Source: an uncultured Verrucomicrobiae bacterium
Lineage (GTDB): Bacteria; Verrucomicrobiota; Verrucomicrobiia; Palsa-1439
Reading direction: 5' to 3'
NCBI GenBank assembly: GCA_963812605.1
Contig: CAWEWF010000008.1
Location: 32,001 to 96,000, forward strand
Length of the DNA stretch: 64,000 nucleotides
In this document: piece after piece, positions 1 through 10,982 of the stretch
Layout: every line of letters begins with the position of its first letter
Numbering within the stretch: position 1 is the first letter of the stretch
The notes under the pieces: model-generated
Told to the model about the DNA's origin: nothing
What the model saw: the letters and a program-made list of their open reading frames with translations, nothing else
Database searches by the model: none
Position numbers and translations under genes: made by a program

Positions 1-1
1 C

Positions 2-673
2 GGAATGGCGATTCGATTCCATCTCGCGGGCGATGGGAAAGCCGATATTGTCGCGTTGTCCCACAACGGCTTCCCTGTCGGCACCGGTGAAGAGTTTCTC
101 GCGCTTCAACAGGCCGTCGCCGCGACCAATCCCAGCCAGCCGCACCCCTGGCCCATCGAAGCCTTTCTCGGCGCGCGTCCCCTCGCCTTGAAATTTGTCA
201 TGGAGAGCCGGGTGATCCCGGCCAGCTTCGCCACCGAATCGTTCTTCTCCAACAACTCCTTCGTCTTCGTGAACAAGAAGGGAGTGAAACAGGCGGGCCG
301 TTACCAGATTCTTCCCGTCGCCGGGCAGCAGAACCTGAACGACGCCGAGGCAAAAGCCCGGTCGGTCAATTTTCTCGTTCAAGAACTCCAGACCCGTCTG
401 GCAACCGGGCCGGTCCAGTTCCGTCTGGTGGTGCAACTTCCCAATCCTGGCGATCCCACCCATGATTCCACGCTGGTTTGGCCCGATGATCGCCAGGCAA
501 TTGACGCCGGCACGATCAGCATTACTTCCATTCTTGCCGACAGTGCCGCTGCCGAAAAGAAACTGGTGTTTGATCCGACGCACTTGACGGACGGGATCGA
601 ATTGTCCGATGACCCGCTGCCCGCACTGCGCGCCGAGGTCTATTCGCTCTCGGCGGCGCGTCGCCAGGGCTAG
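2..673 (+). CDS. Catalase-related (SrpA-like) heme peroxidase, 5'-truncated by window edge
   Basis: GMAIRF...DIVALSHNGFPV, WPDDR, FDPT, SDDPLPALRAEVYSLS (proximal Tyr region); frame is open from position 2. Confidence 0.85.
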   Translation, partial: GMAIRFHLAGDGKADIVALSHNGFPVGTGEEFLALQQAVAATNPSQPHPWPIEAFLGARPLALKFVMESRVIPASFATESFFSNNSFVFVNKKGVKQAGRYQILPVAGQQNLNDAEAKARSVNFLVQELQTRLATGPVQFRLVVQLPNPGDPTHDSTLVWPDDRQAIDAGTISITSILADSAAAEKKLVFDPTHLTDGIELSDDPLPALRAEVYSLSAARRQG

Positions 674-801
674 CCAGCGAATGATGGCGCGTTGACCATG
701 ATCACATTTCAACAAGGGGATTAACCAGGCCATGCCAATCATGACTGGCTCGTTCACTGCGATAATACACAACCAACCGTCTCTCAACGAAAGGAATACC
801 C

Positions 802-1920
802 ATGACAACTTCGACCTCAAACCGCGACGATCCAGCCAGCGAATTGAAACAGAAACCGTCGGCACCGGCTTCCGCCGCCCAATCCGTCCGCAGTTTCGGA
901 ACAGGAGCCGCAAAGAGTTATCAGGCTTGGGTTGCGAAAGCACCCAAACAACCCATGGTCCTCGAAACCGTTGATCCCGGACCGCTCGGGGCCGAGGACG
1001 TGGAAGTCGCTGTCGAACACTGCGGTTTGTGTCACTCCGATCTCTCCGTTTTGAACAATGACTGGGGCATTTCGCAATACCCCGCGACCCTCGGCCACGA
1101 GGTGATCGGTCGGATCACTGCCATCGGTTCAAACACCAAGGGACTGGCGGTCGGACAGCGTGTCGGCGTTGGCTGGTTCTCGGGTAGCGACATGCACTGT
1201 CGCCAGTGCCTGTCGGGAAACCATCACCTTTGCCCGCAGGGGCAAGCGACGATCATCGGTCATCGCGGCGGGTTCGCAATCCACGTCCGCGCGCACTGGG
1301 CCTGGGCCATCCCGCTGCCGGAGAAGCTGAACTTCGCCGACGCCGGGCCGTTGCTCTGCGGCGGCATCACCGTCTTTAACCCGCTGGCGATGTACGCCAA
1401 GCCGACCGATCGGGTAGGCATCATCGGCATCGGCGGATTGGGACACATGGCGGTGAAGTTTGCCGCCGCGTACGGTTGCGAGGTGACCGCGTTCACGTCG
1501 AGCGAGAGCAAGTTCGAGGAAGCGAAGGGTTTCGGGGCGCACCACGTCATCTCGAGCAAGGACTCCGCCGCGATCAAGAAACTCGGCGGCAGTTTCGACC
1601 TTCTGATCAGCACCGTCAACGTGCCGCTCGACTGGGACGCCCTGATCAACGCGCTCGCCCCCAACGGCCGGCTGCACGTCGTCGGTGCCGTGGTGGAACC
1701 GATCCCGGTCGCGGCCTTCTCGCTCCTTATTGGGCAGCGCAGTGTCTCCGGTTCGCCGACTGGCTCGCCAGTGGCGATCGCGACGATGCTCGACTTTGCT
1801 TCGCGGCATAATGTCGCGCCGCAGACCGAGCACTTCCCGATGAGCAAGATCAACGAGGCTTTCGCCCGACTTGCATCCGGCAAGGCCCGTTACCGGATCG
1901 TCCTGGACGCGGATTTCTAA
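802..1920 (+). CDS. Zn-dependent NADPH aldehyde reductase / alcohol dehydrogenase (Ahr/YjgB, CAD-like)
   Basis: CGLCHSD, GHEVIG, GIGGLGH motifs; AAGGA RBS. Confidence 0.92.
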   Translation: MTTSTSNRDDPASELKQKPSAPASAAQSVRSFGTGAAKSYQAWVAKAPKQPMVLETVDPGPLGAEDVEVAVEHCGLCHSDLSVLNNDWGISQYPATLGHEVIGRITAIGSNTKGLAVGQRVGVGWFSGSDMHCRQCLSGNHHLCPQGQATIIGHRGGFAIHVRAHWAWAIPLPEKLNFADAGPLLCGGITVFNPLAMYAKPTDRVGIIGIGGLGHMAVKFAAAYGCEVTAFTSSESKFEEAKGFGAHHVISSKDSAAIKKLGGSFDLLISTVNVPLDWDALINALAPNGRLHVVGAVVEPIPVAAFSLLIGQRSVSGSPTGSPVAIATMLDFASRHNVAPQTEHFPMSKINEAFARLASGKARYRIVLDADF

Positions 1921-1960
1921 TCGGCGTACCGAATTTTTTCCCAATCTGAAAGGAGCTACC

Positions 1961-2712
1961 ATGCAATCGAAACTTTCTGGAAAAGTTGCCGTCGTGACTG
2001 GCGCGTCCAAAGGACTCGGGGCAGAAATTGCCCGCCAACTGGCTGCCGAAGGAGCTTCGGTGGTCGTGAATTACTCCAGCAGCCGATCTGGCGCGGACAA
2101 GGTGGTGTCCGATATCACATCGAAGAGCGGCAAAGCCATTGCCGTGCAGGCCGATGTTTCGAAGGCTCCAGACGTGAAAAGGTTGTTCGCGGAGACGAAG
2201 AAAACCTTCGGCCGATTGGACGTGCTGGTCAACAACGCGGGCATCTACAACTTTGCGCCGCTCGAGCAGATTACGCCCGAGCATTTTCAGAAGCATTTCG
2301 AGCTCAACGTGCTGGGCGTGATTCTCGCGACGCAGGAGGCGGTAAAGCAATTTGGGCCTGACGGCGGAAGCATCGTGAACCTGAGCTCGGTCGTTTCCAC
2401 AGCTTCACTGCCCGGTATGGGTGTCTACGCCGCGTCGAAGGCTGCCGTGGACGCGCTGACGCGGTCGTTCGCGGCCGAGTCGGGCCCAGGAAAATCCGGG
2501 TGAACGCGGTGGCGCCGGGCGCGGTGGCCACGGAAGGCAACGTGGAATTCAGTGACCCGAACAGCGCGTTTGCCAAGGCGTATATCGCCGGCTCGAAGCT
2601 TGGGCGTATCGGGCAGCCAGACGATATCGCTCCCGCCGTCGTTTATTTCGCGTCAAATGATTCAAAATGGGTGACGGGCGAAACGCTCTTTGTCACGGGT
2701 GGGTTTCGATAG
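1961..2712 (+). CDS. Short-chain dehydrogenase/reductase (frame break near 2480)
   Basis: TGASKGLG, NNAG, YAASK; continues as VNAVAPG...WVTGETLFVTGG in ORF 2500-2712; AAGGAG RBS. Confidence 0.88.
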
Positions 2713-2798
2713 AGCAGAATTTGCGGCAAATATTCGTCCTCAATTATTTGACGGAGGGACGCGCGATTATCCGCAACAAATTGAAAAGGAGACAAGCC

Positions 2799-3161
2799 AT
2801 GCCCAGCATATCGACCTTGCTAACCCGCAATCTTCACGATGTCTTCGGTGAAAACGACCCCGCGCGTCGGCGCGCGGCCATCGACGAGCTTTGGGCCGAA
2901 GATGGCGTGTTCTACGATCCCAACAGCGGCGCCTACCGTGGTCGCGACGAGATCGATCGCATCGCGGGCGTCATCAAGGCTACGCACCCTGACTTTCGAT
3001 ATCAGCCAATTGCCGAGCCCGAGGAATTGGGCAATGCCGGGCGGGTCCCATGGGTATCGGGCCGTCCTGGCGAGGCGCCGGCTTACGCCGGGACGGATTT
3101 CCTCATTGCCCGGGACGGCCTGATTGCCGCCGTTTATTTCTTTTTCGACAAGCTACCCTGA
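2799..3161 (+). CDS. SnoaL-like / NTF2-fold protein
   Basis: RNLHDVFGENDPARRRAAIDEL...GRDEI family signature; AAAGGAG RBS before ATG 2799. Confidence 0.85.
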   Translation: MPSISTLLTRNLHDVFGENDPARRRAAIDELWAEDGVFYDPNSGAYRGRDEIDRIAGVIKATHPDFRYQPIAEPEELGNAGRVPWVSGRPGEAPAYAGTDFLIARDGLIAAVYFFFDKLP

Positions 3162-3206
3162 GCTGAGGACTTCTGGGGACACTATACAAAAACTCGCTTG
3201 ACTGTC

Positions 3207-3266
3207 TTCGCCCGACTTGCATCCGGCAAGGCCCGTTACCGCATCGTGCTGGACGCGGATTTCTGA
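3207..3266 (+). repeat. 60-bp direct repeat of the ADH 3' end (1861-1920)
   Basis: 57/60 identical; encodes FARLASGKARYRIVLDADF*. Confidence 0.95.
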
Positions 3267-3296
3267 AGTGACAAGACGTTTTCGAGGTAAACAACC

Positions 3297-4025
3297 ATGA
3301 GCGGCCCACGGAAAACAGCCATCGTCACCGGAGCTTCGCAGGGGATCGGCGCGGGAATCGTGAAAGGGTTTGTCGAACGCGGTTTTAATGTCCTTGCCAA
3401 TTCCCGCAAGGTGACCCAGTCCACCGAGATCGCGGCCTCCAACTGCATCGCCCTGGTGGACGGCCACATCGGCGAACCGGCCACTGCCGCGAGGATTATC
3501 GAGACAGCCCTGTCCCGTTTTAAGTCGATCGACGTACTGGTCAATAACGCTGGCATCTTCTTCACCAAGCCGTTCACGGAATACACGGCCGAGGACTTCC
3601 AGTCGCTCGTCTCGACCAACCTCGAAGGCTTCCTGTACGTCACCCAACTCTCCATCAAACAAATGTTGGCGCAGAAAACCGGCGGAAGCATTGTCACGAT
3701 CACGGCGGCCCTGGCCCGCAACCCGATCCGGGGCGTCACGGCGTCGGTCCCAATGATCACCAAAGGCGGTCTGGAAACGATCACCCGGCACCTGGCGATG
3801 GAGTACGCGAAAGACGGCATCCGCGTGAACGCCGTCGCTCCGGGCGTCGTCGATACGCCGCTTCACAAGAACGACCCGAAAGAAGTTCTTCAATCACTAA
3901 ACCCGATGGGTGTCGTTTCGAGCGTTAAAGACATCATGGACGCGGTCATGTACCTGACCGATGCCGCGACGGTCACCGGTGACATCCTGTACGTCGACGG
4001 CGGCGCGCATTTTGGCCGCTGGTAA
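3297..4025 (+). CDS. Short-chain dehydrogenase/reductase
   Basis: TGASQGIG, NNAG, VNAVAPG, VTG..LYVDGG; YxxxK appears as PMITK. Confidence 0.9.
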   Translation: MSGPRKTAIVTGASQGIGAGIVKGFVERGFNVLANSRKVTQSTEIAASNCIALVDGHIGEPATAARIIETALSRFKSIDVLVNNAGIFFTKPFTEYTAEDFQSLVSTNLEGFLYVTQLSIKQMLAQKTGGSIVTITAALARNPIRGVTASVPMITKGGLETITRHLAMEYAKDGIRVNAVAPGVVDTPLHKNDPKEVLQSLNPMGVVSSVKDIMDAVMYLTDAATVTGDILYVDGGAHFGRW

Positions 4026-4042
4026 TTGAAAGGAGATTCATC

Positions 4043-5441
4043 ATGACATTGGAGCTGTGTCACAATCTCGTGATCGGAAGTGGTGTGGCGGGAAAAATCC
4101 TCTCGTGGAATCTGGCGAAGATGGGACAGAAAACGGTTGTGGTCGAACGCTCGATGATCGGGGGGTCTTGTCCGAATGTGGCTTGTCTGCCGAGCAAGAA
4201 TGTCGTTTATAGCGCCAAGGCCGTTTCCCTTGTGGATCCAAAGACCGGCCTGGGAGTCGTGACCGGTCAGACCCGTGTCGATATGGCTGGCGTGGTTCGC
4301 CGCAAACGAAAGATGGTCGATGATCTGATCAAGCTCCACCTCGACGAGTTCAAAGCAAGCGGTGCGGAGCTGGTCATGGGCGAAGCCCGCTTCACCGAAC
4401 CGAAGATCGTGGATGTAACGCTGAACGCCGGCGGGACACGCCGCCTGCGCGGTGAGCGTGTCTTCCTTGATGTTGGCACGCGCGCCACCATACCGGAGGT
4501 GCCCGGACTTGCCGCCGCCGCGCCGCTGACGCATGTCGAAGCGCTCAATCTCGAACGGTTGCCCGAACATCTCGTCATTATTGGCGGTGGCTATGTCGGT
4601 CTGGAGTTTGCTCAGGCGATGCGACGCTTCGGCAGCCGGGTCACGATCGTTCAGCATGGGAAACAACTGCTCGAAAAAGAGGATCCAGACGTGGCGGAGG
4701 CGCTCTTGGAATTGATGAAAGACGAAGGCGTTGAGGTGCTGCTGGAAGCTGAAGTTCTGCGTGTTACGGGCCGGTCCGGTGCCAGTGTCCAACTTCAACT
4801 GCGCGTTGGAGGATCAGACAAAGCTCTCAATGCCTCCGACATTCTGGTCGCGGTAGGCCGAACACCCAACACGGATCGGCTTGATGCGGCCAAGGGAAAC
4901 ATTCGTCTGGATTCACATGGCTACATTCAGGTCAACGAAAGGCTCCACACCTGCGTCGCGGACGTTCTGGGCGATGGGGGAATGCGCCGGCAGCCCGAAA
5001 TTCACGCACGTCGGCGCCGACGATTGCCGTGTTGTCCTGGACAACCTCGCCGGCGGCAATCGCACGACGCGCGACCGGCTCATTCCTTATTGTCTGTTCA
5101 CCGACCCGGAACTGGCCCACGTCGGCATGAATGAATCCGAGGCGAAGGCCAAGCACGTTACTTATCGCCTGGCCACGCTTCCGATGTCACACGTGTTGCG
5201 AACGCGCACACTCTCCCAGACGCGGGGGTTCTGCAAAGCGCTGATCGGTCCCGACGATCGTATTCTGGGTTTCACCGCCTTCGGTGCCGAGGCGAGCGAA
5301 ATGATGGCGGTTGTCCAGACCGCGATCATCGGCGGCATGCCCTACGCCGCCCTCCGGGACGCGATCTTCACCCATCCGACCGCTGCGGAAGGATTGGGGG
5401 GCCTGTTCGCGAGCGTTCCCGTATCGCAACAAAAAGAATAA
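4043..5441 (+). CDS. Pyridine nucleotide-disulfide oxidoreductase, class I (RclA/MerA/Lpd-like; frame break near 4965)
   Basis: GSGVAG, GGSCPNVACLPSK redox disulfide, GGGYVGLE, FTHPTAAE in second frame; no MerA C-terminal Cys-Cys. Confidence 0.88.
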
Positions 5442-5464
5442 ATCTATAAGAGGAGGATTGGAAT

Positions 5465-6370
5465 ATGCTTGTCTTTGTTACCGGTGCCACAGGTTTCATC
5501 GGCTCTGCCGTCGTTCAGGAACTCATCCACGCGGGCCATCGGGTGCTCGGCCTCGCTCATTCAGATGCGTCTGCCAGGTCGCTTGCCGCTGCTGGTGCGA
5601 AGGTGCATCGGGGTGATCTTGAAGATCTGGAAAGCCTGCGCAAGGGAGCGGCAGCGTCTGATGGCGTGATTCACACTGCTTTTAACCACGACTTCTCGAA
5701 ATTCAAGGCTAACTGCGAAACCGACCGACGTGCCATCGAAGCTCTCGGCTCCGCGCTTGCTGGCTCGAACCGCCCCTTAATCATCACCTCCGCAATCGGG
5801 ATTCTTCCACCAGGCGGTCTCGCCACTGAAGACACGTTGCCTGCTTCCGGCTCCGCCTCTCTCCCTCGGGTCGCTTCGGAAGAGGCAGCCAATTCGGTAG
5901 CGTCGCGGGGAGTGCGCGTTTCGGTGGTGCGTCTGTCGCCATCGGTGCACGGTGACGGCGATCACGCCTTCGTTCCAATTCTTATCGGCATCGCGCGCGA
6001 AAAGGGAGTTTCGGCGTATGTGGGCGACGGGCTCAATCGCTGGCCTGCCGTACACCGGCTCGATGCCGCTCATCTTTTTCGGTTGGTGCTTGAGAAAGGT
6101 TCTGCAAGAACCCGTTATCACGGCGTCGCCGAGGAGGGCGTTGTGTTCCGAGATATTGCTGGAGTCATCGGAAAACGCCTGAACATTTCGGTTGTAAGCA
6201 AGTCACCCGAGGAGGCAGCCAAGCATTTTGGCTGGTTTGCAGCCTTCGCTGCACTCGACCGCCCGGCCTCAAGCAAACTCACTCAGGAACGCCTGGGTTG
6301 GCATCCCGCGCAGCCCTCGCTCCTCTCTGACCTCGAACGAGGGAGCTACTTCAAGGGTAACGGTGCCTGA
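5465..6370 (+). CDS. NAD-dependent epimerase/dehydratase (atypical SDR)
   Basis: [30 protein letters not shown]. Confidence 0.9.
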   Translation: MLVFVTGATGFIGSAVVQELIHAGHRVLGLAHSDASARSLAAAGAKVHRGDLEDLESLRKGAAASDGVIHTAFNHDFSKFKANCETDRRAIEALGSALAGSNRPLIITSAIGILPPGGLATEDTLPASGSASLPRVASEEAANSVASRGVRVSVVRLSPSVHGDGDHAFVPILIGIAREKGVSAYVGDGLNRWPAVHRLDAAHLFRLVLEKGSARTRYHGVAEEGVVFRDIAGVIGKRLNISVVSKSPEEAAKHFGWFAAFAALDRPASSKLTQERLGWHPAQPSLLSDLERGSYFKGNGA

Positions 6371-6402
6371 AGCGAATCTGAAACCCGATAGGAGGCAGAT
6401 CA

Positions 6403-6915
6403 ATGAATCGAAAATTGAAGGAACTGAGGGCAAAGCGCCAAGGCGCTCGACCGGCCAGTCCTGAACAACGGTTGAAAGAACTTGCCATCAAGCTTCCCGC
6501 ACCGCCGGAGCCCTTCGGCGTCTATGCCGAAGCAGTACAGACGGGCAACCTGCTGTTTCTGACCGGGATGCTTCCCACGGAAGGCCGCGCGGCGAAATTC
6601 ATTGGGCGCGTCGGCGCGGAGCTCGATGTGGAAGCGGGGCGCAAGGCGGCTCACCTCGCGGCGCTCAACGTCCTCGCGGTCGCGCGGCAGCATTTGGGAT
6701 CGCTCGATAAAGTGACGCGGATCGTCCGGCTCGGTGTGTCGGTGGCCACTTCGGGAGATGTCCGCGATCAGCCGAAAGTCGCTGATGGCGCTTCCGAGTT
6801 GCTGCAAGCCGTCTTCGGAAAAGACAAGAACCCTTGCCGCCTGGTCTATGGCGTCGCCAGTCTTCCGCTCGGCACCCCGGTCGAGCTGGAAGTCATCTTC
6901 GAGGTGAAACCGTGA
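6403..6915 (+). CDS. RidA/YjgF/UK114 family protein
   Basis: GNLLFLTGML...RLVYGVASLPLGTPVELE. Confidence 0.88.
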   Translation: MNRKLKELRAKRQGARPASPEQRLKELAIKLPAPPEPFGVYAEAVQTGNLLFLTGMLPTEGRAAKFIGRVGAELDVEAGRKAAHLAALNVLAVARQHLGSLDKVTRIVRLGVSVATSGDVRDQPKVADGASELLQAVFGKDKNPCRLVYGVASLPLGTPVELEVIFEVKP

Positions 6916-7004
6916 TGATGTCGGCGACATCGAACCGGCCGGATAGGACGAGTGAATAGATGGTTATACAGCATTTCGACGTGATATAATTCGCGCGGGG
7001 GGAT

Positions 7005-7673
7005 ATGACCAAGTCGCTGCAAACTGAGTTGCGTTACCTTTCACCAGCCTGGCTGATATGCGTTCTGTTGCCATTGCCTCTGATCCTATTCTGGCGTTCA
7101 CCGCCGGGACCGTCCTACGCGTTGATGTGCTTCTTTTTGGGATGCGCGACTCTGGCGGCCTATTCATTTCGTCGGGATGTCAGGGCAGAGCGTTCTCCGG
7201 CGGCGGCCGAAAAGTCACAACCCCGGACCTGGCGCGAAAGAATGTTGCCGTTGATTTTGATGCTGTTTGCCGCTTTCGCGGTATTTTCGGCACTCTCTCT
7301 GGCCGTCGATGATCCACACGATTTTGCGGTCCCCATGCTGGCGCTGATGGTACTTATTCCGGTACTCGGCATCGTACCGTATATGGTTCTGGTCACTCGC
7401 AGCCCCATGGCCGGAATCGTATTCTCGATCCTGCTCGTGGGCTCGTTGAAGACACCTATCGGCGCGGCAATCGTCAAAGTATTTTTTCCTTCCCACTTCG
7501 AGCAGGCCCTGGATGTGGATGGCGCACTCATCATGCCGACGCCGTGGGTTCATCCCAACGTGCTTGTCTGGATATTTTACGTCCTGGTCGCTGCCCTTTC
7601 ACTCTTGTTTTGTTTTTTGGGTGCGAGAAAATTTCGCGGAATACACCGGAATTGGAAGTCATCTTGGAAGTGA
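7005..7673 (+). CDS. Hypothetical integral membrane protein
   Basis: 222-aa ORF with about 6 hydrophobic segments; TATAAT upstream. Confidence 0.6.
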   Translation: MTKSLQTELRYLSPAWLICVLLPLPLILFWRSPPGPSYALMCFFLGCATLAAYSFRRDVRAERSPAAAEKSQPRTWRERMLPLILMLFAAFAVFSALSLAVDDPHDFAVPMLALMVLIPVLGIVPYMVLVTRSPMAGIVFSILLVGSLKTPIGAAIVKVFFPSHFEQALDVDGALIMPTPWVHPNVLVWIFYVLVAALSLLFCFLGARKFRGIHRNWKSSWK

Positions 7674-7721
7674 AAATGGATTGATTCGCAACCGACATGG
7701 AATATCTCCGAGGAGACAATA

Positions 7722-8664
7722 ATGCCAGCTACCGACAACCTTCGCTATACGAAGATACCCCTCAACAACGGCTCCGGCGCCATCCCCGCGCTCGGCTTTG
7801 GCACACTCATTCCCGATCCCGTCGCAACCAGGGTCGCGACCAGGGCGGCGCTGGAAACAGGATTTCGCCTGCTCGACACTTCGGAACGCTACCGAACCGA
7901 AAAAGAGGTCGGGGAAGCGATGCAGGAAGTGTTCAAGGAAGGGAAGGTTAAGCGGGAGGACGTGGTGGTCGTCCACGAAGCTCTGGAATAACAATCATCG
8001 TCCGGAACGCGTCAAACCCGCTTTCGAGGCAAGTCTCAAGAAACTCCAACTCGAGTTCATCGATCTCTATCTCATCCACACCCCCTTCGCCTTCCAACCC
8101 GGAGACGAGCAAGACCCAAGGGATACAAACGGCACGGTGATCTATGACAAAGCGGTGACGTTGCTCGATACCTGGAGGGCGCTGGAGGCCCTGGTGGACG
8201 AAGGCAGGTGCAAGGCCATCGGATTATCCAACGTCAATCTGGAACAGGCGAAAGGAATCTTTGATGCCGCGAGGATCAAGCCTGCGGTCGTTCACGTCGA
8301 GTCTCATCCGTACCTCCCGGAATGGGACCTTTTGAACTATTGCAAAAAGAATGGCATCGTGCTGCAAGCGTTCGCGGCACTGGGGCATAGTCTGGAGCCC
8401 AGGTTGCTGGAAGATCCGGTCATCACCGCCATCGCCAGGCGAGTCAACAAGACCCCGGCGCAGGTCTTGCTCGCCTGGGCTATCCAGCGCGGGACGGCTC
8501 TCCTGACCACCTCGAAGACTCCCGGCCGCATCCACGAGAACTTTGAAGTCTCGGCCCTTCCTGAAGATGCCGTGAGGGAGATCACCGAAGGAATCAAGTC
8601 GCGGGTCAGGTTTAATGCCGTTGTGGAGACCGGCGTTCCCGGGTTCATTCCGAGAGGCAAGTGA
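7722..8664 (+). CDS. Aldo/keto reductase (frame break near 7965)
   Basis: IPALGFGT, LDTSERY, TKLW, DLYLIHTP, IGLSN across ORFs 7722 and 7798. Confidence 0.9.
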
Positions 8665-9650
8665 TGTTGAGAAAGCAATCGCTTCAACAGGTAAATAGCA
8701 GGTCCTCGCCGTGGATGACCTGGCTTGGTCTGGCCGCCGTGCTCATGCTGTCCCCCAACGTGCTCGCTCAATCAAAGGAGTCTGCCATGGCCCAACCTAC
8801 CTTGTACCGCACAATAAAAGTGGACGGTCTCTCGATCTTCTACCGCGAAGCCGGCCCGAAAGACGCGCCGACACTTCTCCTGCTGCACGGACTTCCCTCT
8901 TCATCGCGGATGTTCGAGCCTCTCTTCGCCCGGCTTTCGGATCGCTATCATCTGATCGCGCCCGATTACCCGGGCTTCGGGCACAGCGACTGGCCGGACC
9001 CGAAAAAATTTGCGTATACATTCGATCACTACGCCGAGATCATGAATCACTTCACTGAAGCGCTCGGGCTTTCGCGCTACACCCTTTACATGCAGGACTA
9101 CGGCGGACCCGTCGGCTTTCGGATGGCGCTTGCTCACCCGGATCGCGCCGAAGCCCTGATCGTGCAAGATGCCGTCGCCCACAACGAAGGCCTCGGCGCG
9201 AACTGGAAGACCCGGCGCGCGTTCTGGGCCGACCGCGCTGCCTACGAGGCCAAGCTGCGGACCAATCTGCTCTCTTTGGACACCACGCGGACGCGGCACG
9301 TCGGCAACGACCCGCACCCCGAAAAGTACGATCCCGATCTTTGGACCGACGAATACGCGTTCCTGAACAAGCCCGGCCAGGCCGACATCCAAAGCGACCT
9401 TTTCTACGACTACCGCACCAACGTGGACGCCTATCCGAAGTGGCAGGCCTGGATGCAAAAGACCCAGCCGCGCCTGCTGGTGCTCTGGGGAAAGTACGAC
9501 CTGTCGTTTGAGTTGACGGAACCCGAGGGGTACCGCCGTGACGTGCCAAAGGCCGAAGTCCACGTCCTCGATGCGGGGCATTTCGCCCTGGATACCGCCG
9601 CCGATGAAATCGCCGATCTCGTTCGCCATTTCCTCGGGTACAGCCGGTAG
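8661..9650 (+). CDS. Alpha/beta hydrolase (epoxide hydrolase/dehalogenase-like), possible signal peptide
   Basis: LLHGLPSS, APDYPGFG, QDYGG nucleophile Asp, DAGHF; alternative start at 8787 has an AAGGAG RBS. Confidence 0.88.
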   Translation: MMLRKQSLQQVNSRSSPWMTWLGLAAVLMLSPNVLAQSKESAMAQPTLYRTIKVDGLSIFYREAGPKDAPTLLLLHGLPSSSRMFEPLFARLSDRYHLIAPDYPGFGHSDWPDPKKFAYTFDHYAEIMNHFTEALGLSRYTLYMQDYGGPVGFRMALAHPDRAEALIVQDAVAHNEGLGANWKTRRAFWADRAAYEAKLRTNLLSLDTTRTRHVGNDPHPEKYDPDLWTDEYAFLNKPGQADIQSDLFYDYRTNVDAYPKWQAWMQKTQPRLLVLWGKYDLSFELTEPEGYRRDVPKAEVHVLDAGHFALDTAADEIADLVRHFLGYSR

Positions 9651-9865
9651 GCATCTTTCCTAGAAGAATTTAGTGTCCGACCCGATGTACAACCGTTGGT
9701 CTTGGTGATAGCAGCTTAAGAGGCGAGAAAGGCGAATGATGACCAACTGCAAGTTGAGTTACGCCACAAAACTGAAGAGCGCGGCCAACGCGGTCGCGCC
9801 AATCAAGAAATCCGTGCAATAACCATTCACTTTCAACCCGAAACGAACGACAAAGGAGGAGTGCC

Positions 9866-10778
9866 ATGCCATACGTTACTATCGATAAGGAAAACTCGGG
9901 CAACATCAATCTCTATTATGAGGACCACGGCTCTGGTCGAGCCGGTTATCTTGATTCACGGATATCCGCTGAGCGGCGCCTCGTGGGAGAAACAGGTGCC
10001 GGTTCTTTTGAGCGCCGGGCACCGGGTCATCACCTATGACCGCAGAGGGTTCGGCAAATCCAGCCAGCCAACATCGGGCTACAACTACGACACCTTCGCC
10101 GAGGATCTGCGCAAGCTCATCACAAAACTTGAATTACGTGAATTCGTGCTGGTCGGTTTCTCCATGGGCGGCGGCGAAGTGGCGCGCTACCTGGGAAAAT
10201 ACGGATCAGAGGACGTGAGCAAAGCGGTGATCCTTTCCGGAGTGCCTCCGTACCTGCTCAAGACGCCCGACAATCCAGAGGGCGTGGACAAAAACGTCTT
10301 CACGGGAATCGAGACCGCCATCAAAGCGGACCGTTACGCGTTCTTCACCGAATTCTTCAAGAATTTCTACAACACCGACGTGTTGCTGGGAAAGCGCGTC
10401 AGCGAGCAAACGGTGCAGGCCAGTTGGAATGTCGCCGCCACCTCCTCCGCCACCGCCACGTTCGAATGCGTGCGCACGTGGTACACTGACTTCCGTAAAG
10501 ATGTGGCGCGCATCGACGTGCCCACGCTGGTCATGCATGGCGATGCCGACCGGATCCTTCCCATCGCCGCCGCGGGACCGCGGACCGCAAAACTTATCGA
10601 GGGAGCCCGTTTGGTGGTGGTCGAGGACGGGCCGCACTGTATCACCTGGACGCACTCGGAAATCGTGAACCGTGAGCTGCTGGCCTTTCTCGGAAACCCA
10701 ACGCAAACGGCCCGTCAAAGTCCGTTGGGAAAAGTCGCGAGTGGTAAGAAGTCCGCGCAGCCGGTGTCGAAACGATAA
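9866..10778 (+). CDS. Non-heme haloperoxidase/perhydrolase (BpoA2-like; frame break near 9940)
   Basis: MPYVTIDKENSGNINLYYEDHGSG, then HGYPL, YDRRGFG, GFSMG, HGDADRI, GPH. Confidence 0.88.
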
Positions 10779-10970
10779 ACGCTCGATGTGCCGACACTCA
10801 TCCTGCAGGGCGACGATGACCAGATCGTGCCAACCGGCGCCGCGGGTCGGATGACCGCGAAGATCGTGAAGGACGACAAGCCGAAGGTGTATCCAGGTTT
10901 TCCGCAAGGGATGCCGACAACCAATGCCGACCAGATCAACGCCGACCTGGTGGCGTTCCTCAAGGCGTAG
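10779..10970 (+). pseudogene. C-terminal remnant of a second non-heme chloroperoxidase
   Basis: LDVPTLILQGDDDQIVP...VYPGFPQGM...INADLVAFLKA; no N-terminal part; catalytic His appears as Gln. Confidence 0.75.
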
Positions 10971-10982
10971 CACGCCCGGCAA

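Noticed and set aside
4043-5441. Mercury resistance (merA)
   Set aside because: No C-terminal Cys pair and no merR/T/P neighbours.
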